Positions 63,191-64,000 of a DNA stretch of 64,000 nucleotides are shown here, in pieces. Numbering within the stretch: position 1 is the first letter of the stretch; each line of letters opens with the position of its first letter. The stretch is from Lytechinus pictus. Taxonomy: Eukaryota. A program made the position numbers and the translations under genes. The notes under the pieces were generated by a model. That model made no database searches. It was not told the origin of the DNA and saw only the letters and a list, made by a program, of their open reading frames with translations. The stretch spans positions 22,756,001 to 22,820,000 of the forward strand of contig NC_087252.1 in the NCBI RefSeq assembly GCF_037042905.1. Reading direction: 5' to 3'.

Positions 63191-63771
63191 AGGTCAATTC
63201 CACCCCAGGAAAATGCTGATTTGAATAAATAGAGAAAAATCAAACTAGCATAGTGCTGAAAATTTCATCAAAATCGGATGTAAAATAAGAAAGTTATGAC
63301 ATTTTAAAGTTTCGCTTATTTTTCACAAAACAGTGATATGCACCACTAGGTGAGTCAGTCAATGATGTCCATCACTCACTATTTCTTTAGCTTTTTATTG
63401 TTTGAATTATACAATATTTCATTTCTTACAGATTTGACAATAAGGACCAACTTGACTGAACCATATAGTATTAAACAATTCTAATTCCACGTGTTCAGGG
63501 AGGAATTAAACGTTGTATCACTTGACAATTAGAATATTTCATATTTCATATAACAAAATACAAAAGAAATAGTGAGTGGGTGACGTCATCAGTCTGCCAA
63601 TTTGCTTACCAACCAGGATGTGCATATAACTGTTTTGTGAAATCAAGCGAAACTTTAAAATGTCATAACTTTCTTATTTTACATCCGATTTTGATAAAAT
63701 TTTCAGTGTTTTGCTTGTTTGATTTTTCTCCTTTTTTTCAAATCAACTTTTTGTTGGGGTTGACTTGTCCT
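63191..63771. mobile_element. Kolobok-like non-autonomous element; 3' fragment also at ~25950-26089
   Basis: TTAA|aggtcaattccacccca ... tggggttgacttgtcct|TTAA; internal IR aaatttcatcaaaatcggatgtaaaataagaaagttatgacatttt. Confidence 0.85.
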
Positions 63772-64000
63772 TTAATTTGAGCCCCCCCCCCCCTGCAGTT
63801 GAGCTCTCTGACTTTTGACCTTGAATTCATGACCCCTATAAAATCTAAACAGATAATCCTCACTTTAAACATACATGTACAAGTCAAGTGTAAAACTGTT
63901 CCTTCAAAATGGCTCTGGTCATTGAGAAATACATGTTCAGTAGATATTCCAATGAAAATAATGACCTCCATGACCTTTGATCTCATGACCCCAAATCTAA

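Overview
AT-rich, intron-containing animal genomic DNA. The repeat landscape resembles that of a marine invertebrate, probably a sea urchin; this is inference, not proof. Two large C2H2 zinc-finger genes face each other tail-to-tail. (1) On the + strand is the 3' part of a gene with several small phase-1 exons (91-7590) and a ~9.36-kb terminal coding exon (8402-17757) encoding about 56 zinc fingers, mostly in dispersed pairs. (2) On the - strand is a PRDM7/9-like gene: putative start exon 54348-54309, zinc-knuckle/PR-SET exons 48027-47762 and 39004-38752, and zinc-finger exon 37034-34384 (~1069 aa, 20 fingers). All three PRDM9 catalytic tyrosine positions are retained, no KRAB/SSXRD is visible, and one finger module is repeated five times. 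Introns and flanks are packed with non-autonomous DNA transposons: a 4.8-kb foldback with TAG termini and 3-bp TSD inside a nest of Helentron-like (HINE) repeats, an AcademH-type element with a RecQ-helicase remnant and 9-bp TSD, a Penelope-like remnant with inverted arms and a hammerhead-ribozyme-like motif, a 1.7-kb intronic palindrome, Kolobok-, Tc1/pogo-, hAT-, Sola- and Harbinger-like MITEs, and tRNA-derived SINE fragments. All coordinates, counts and alignments were made by eye.
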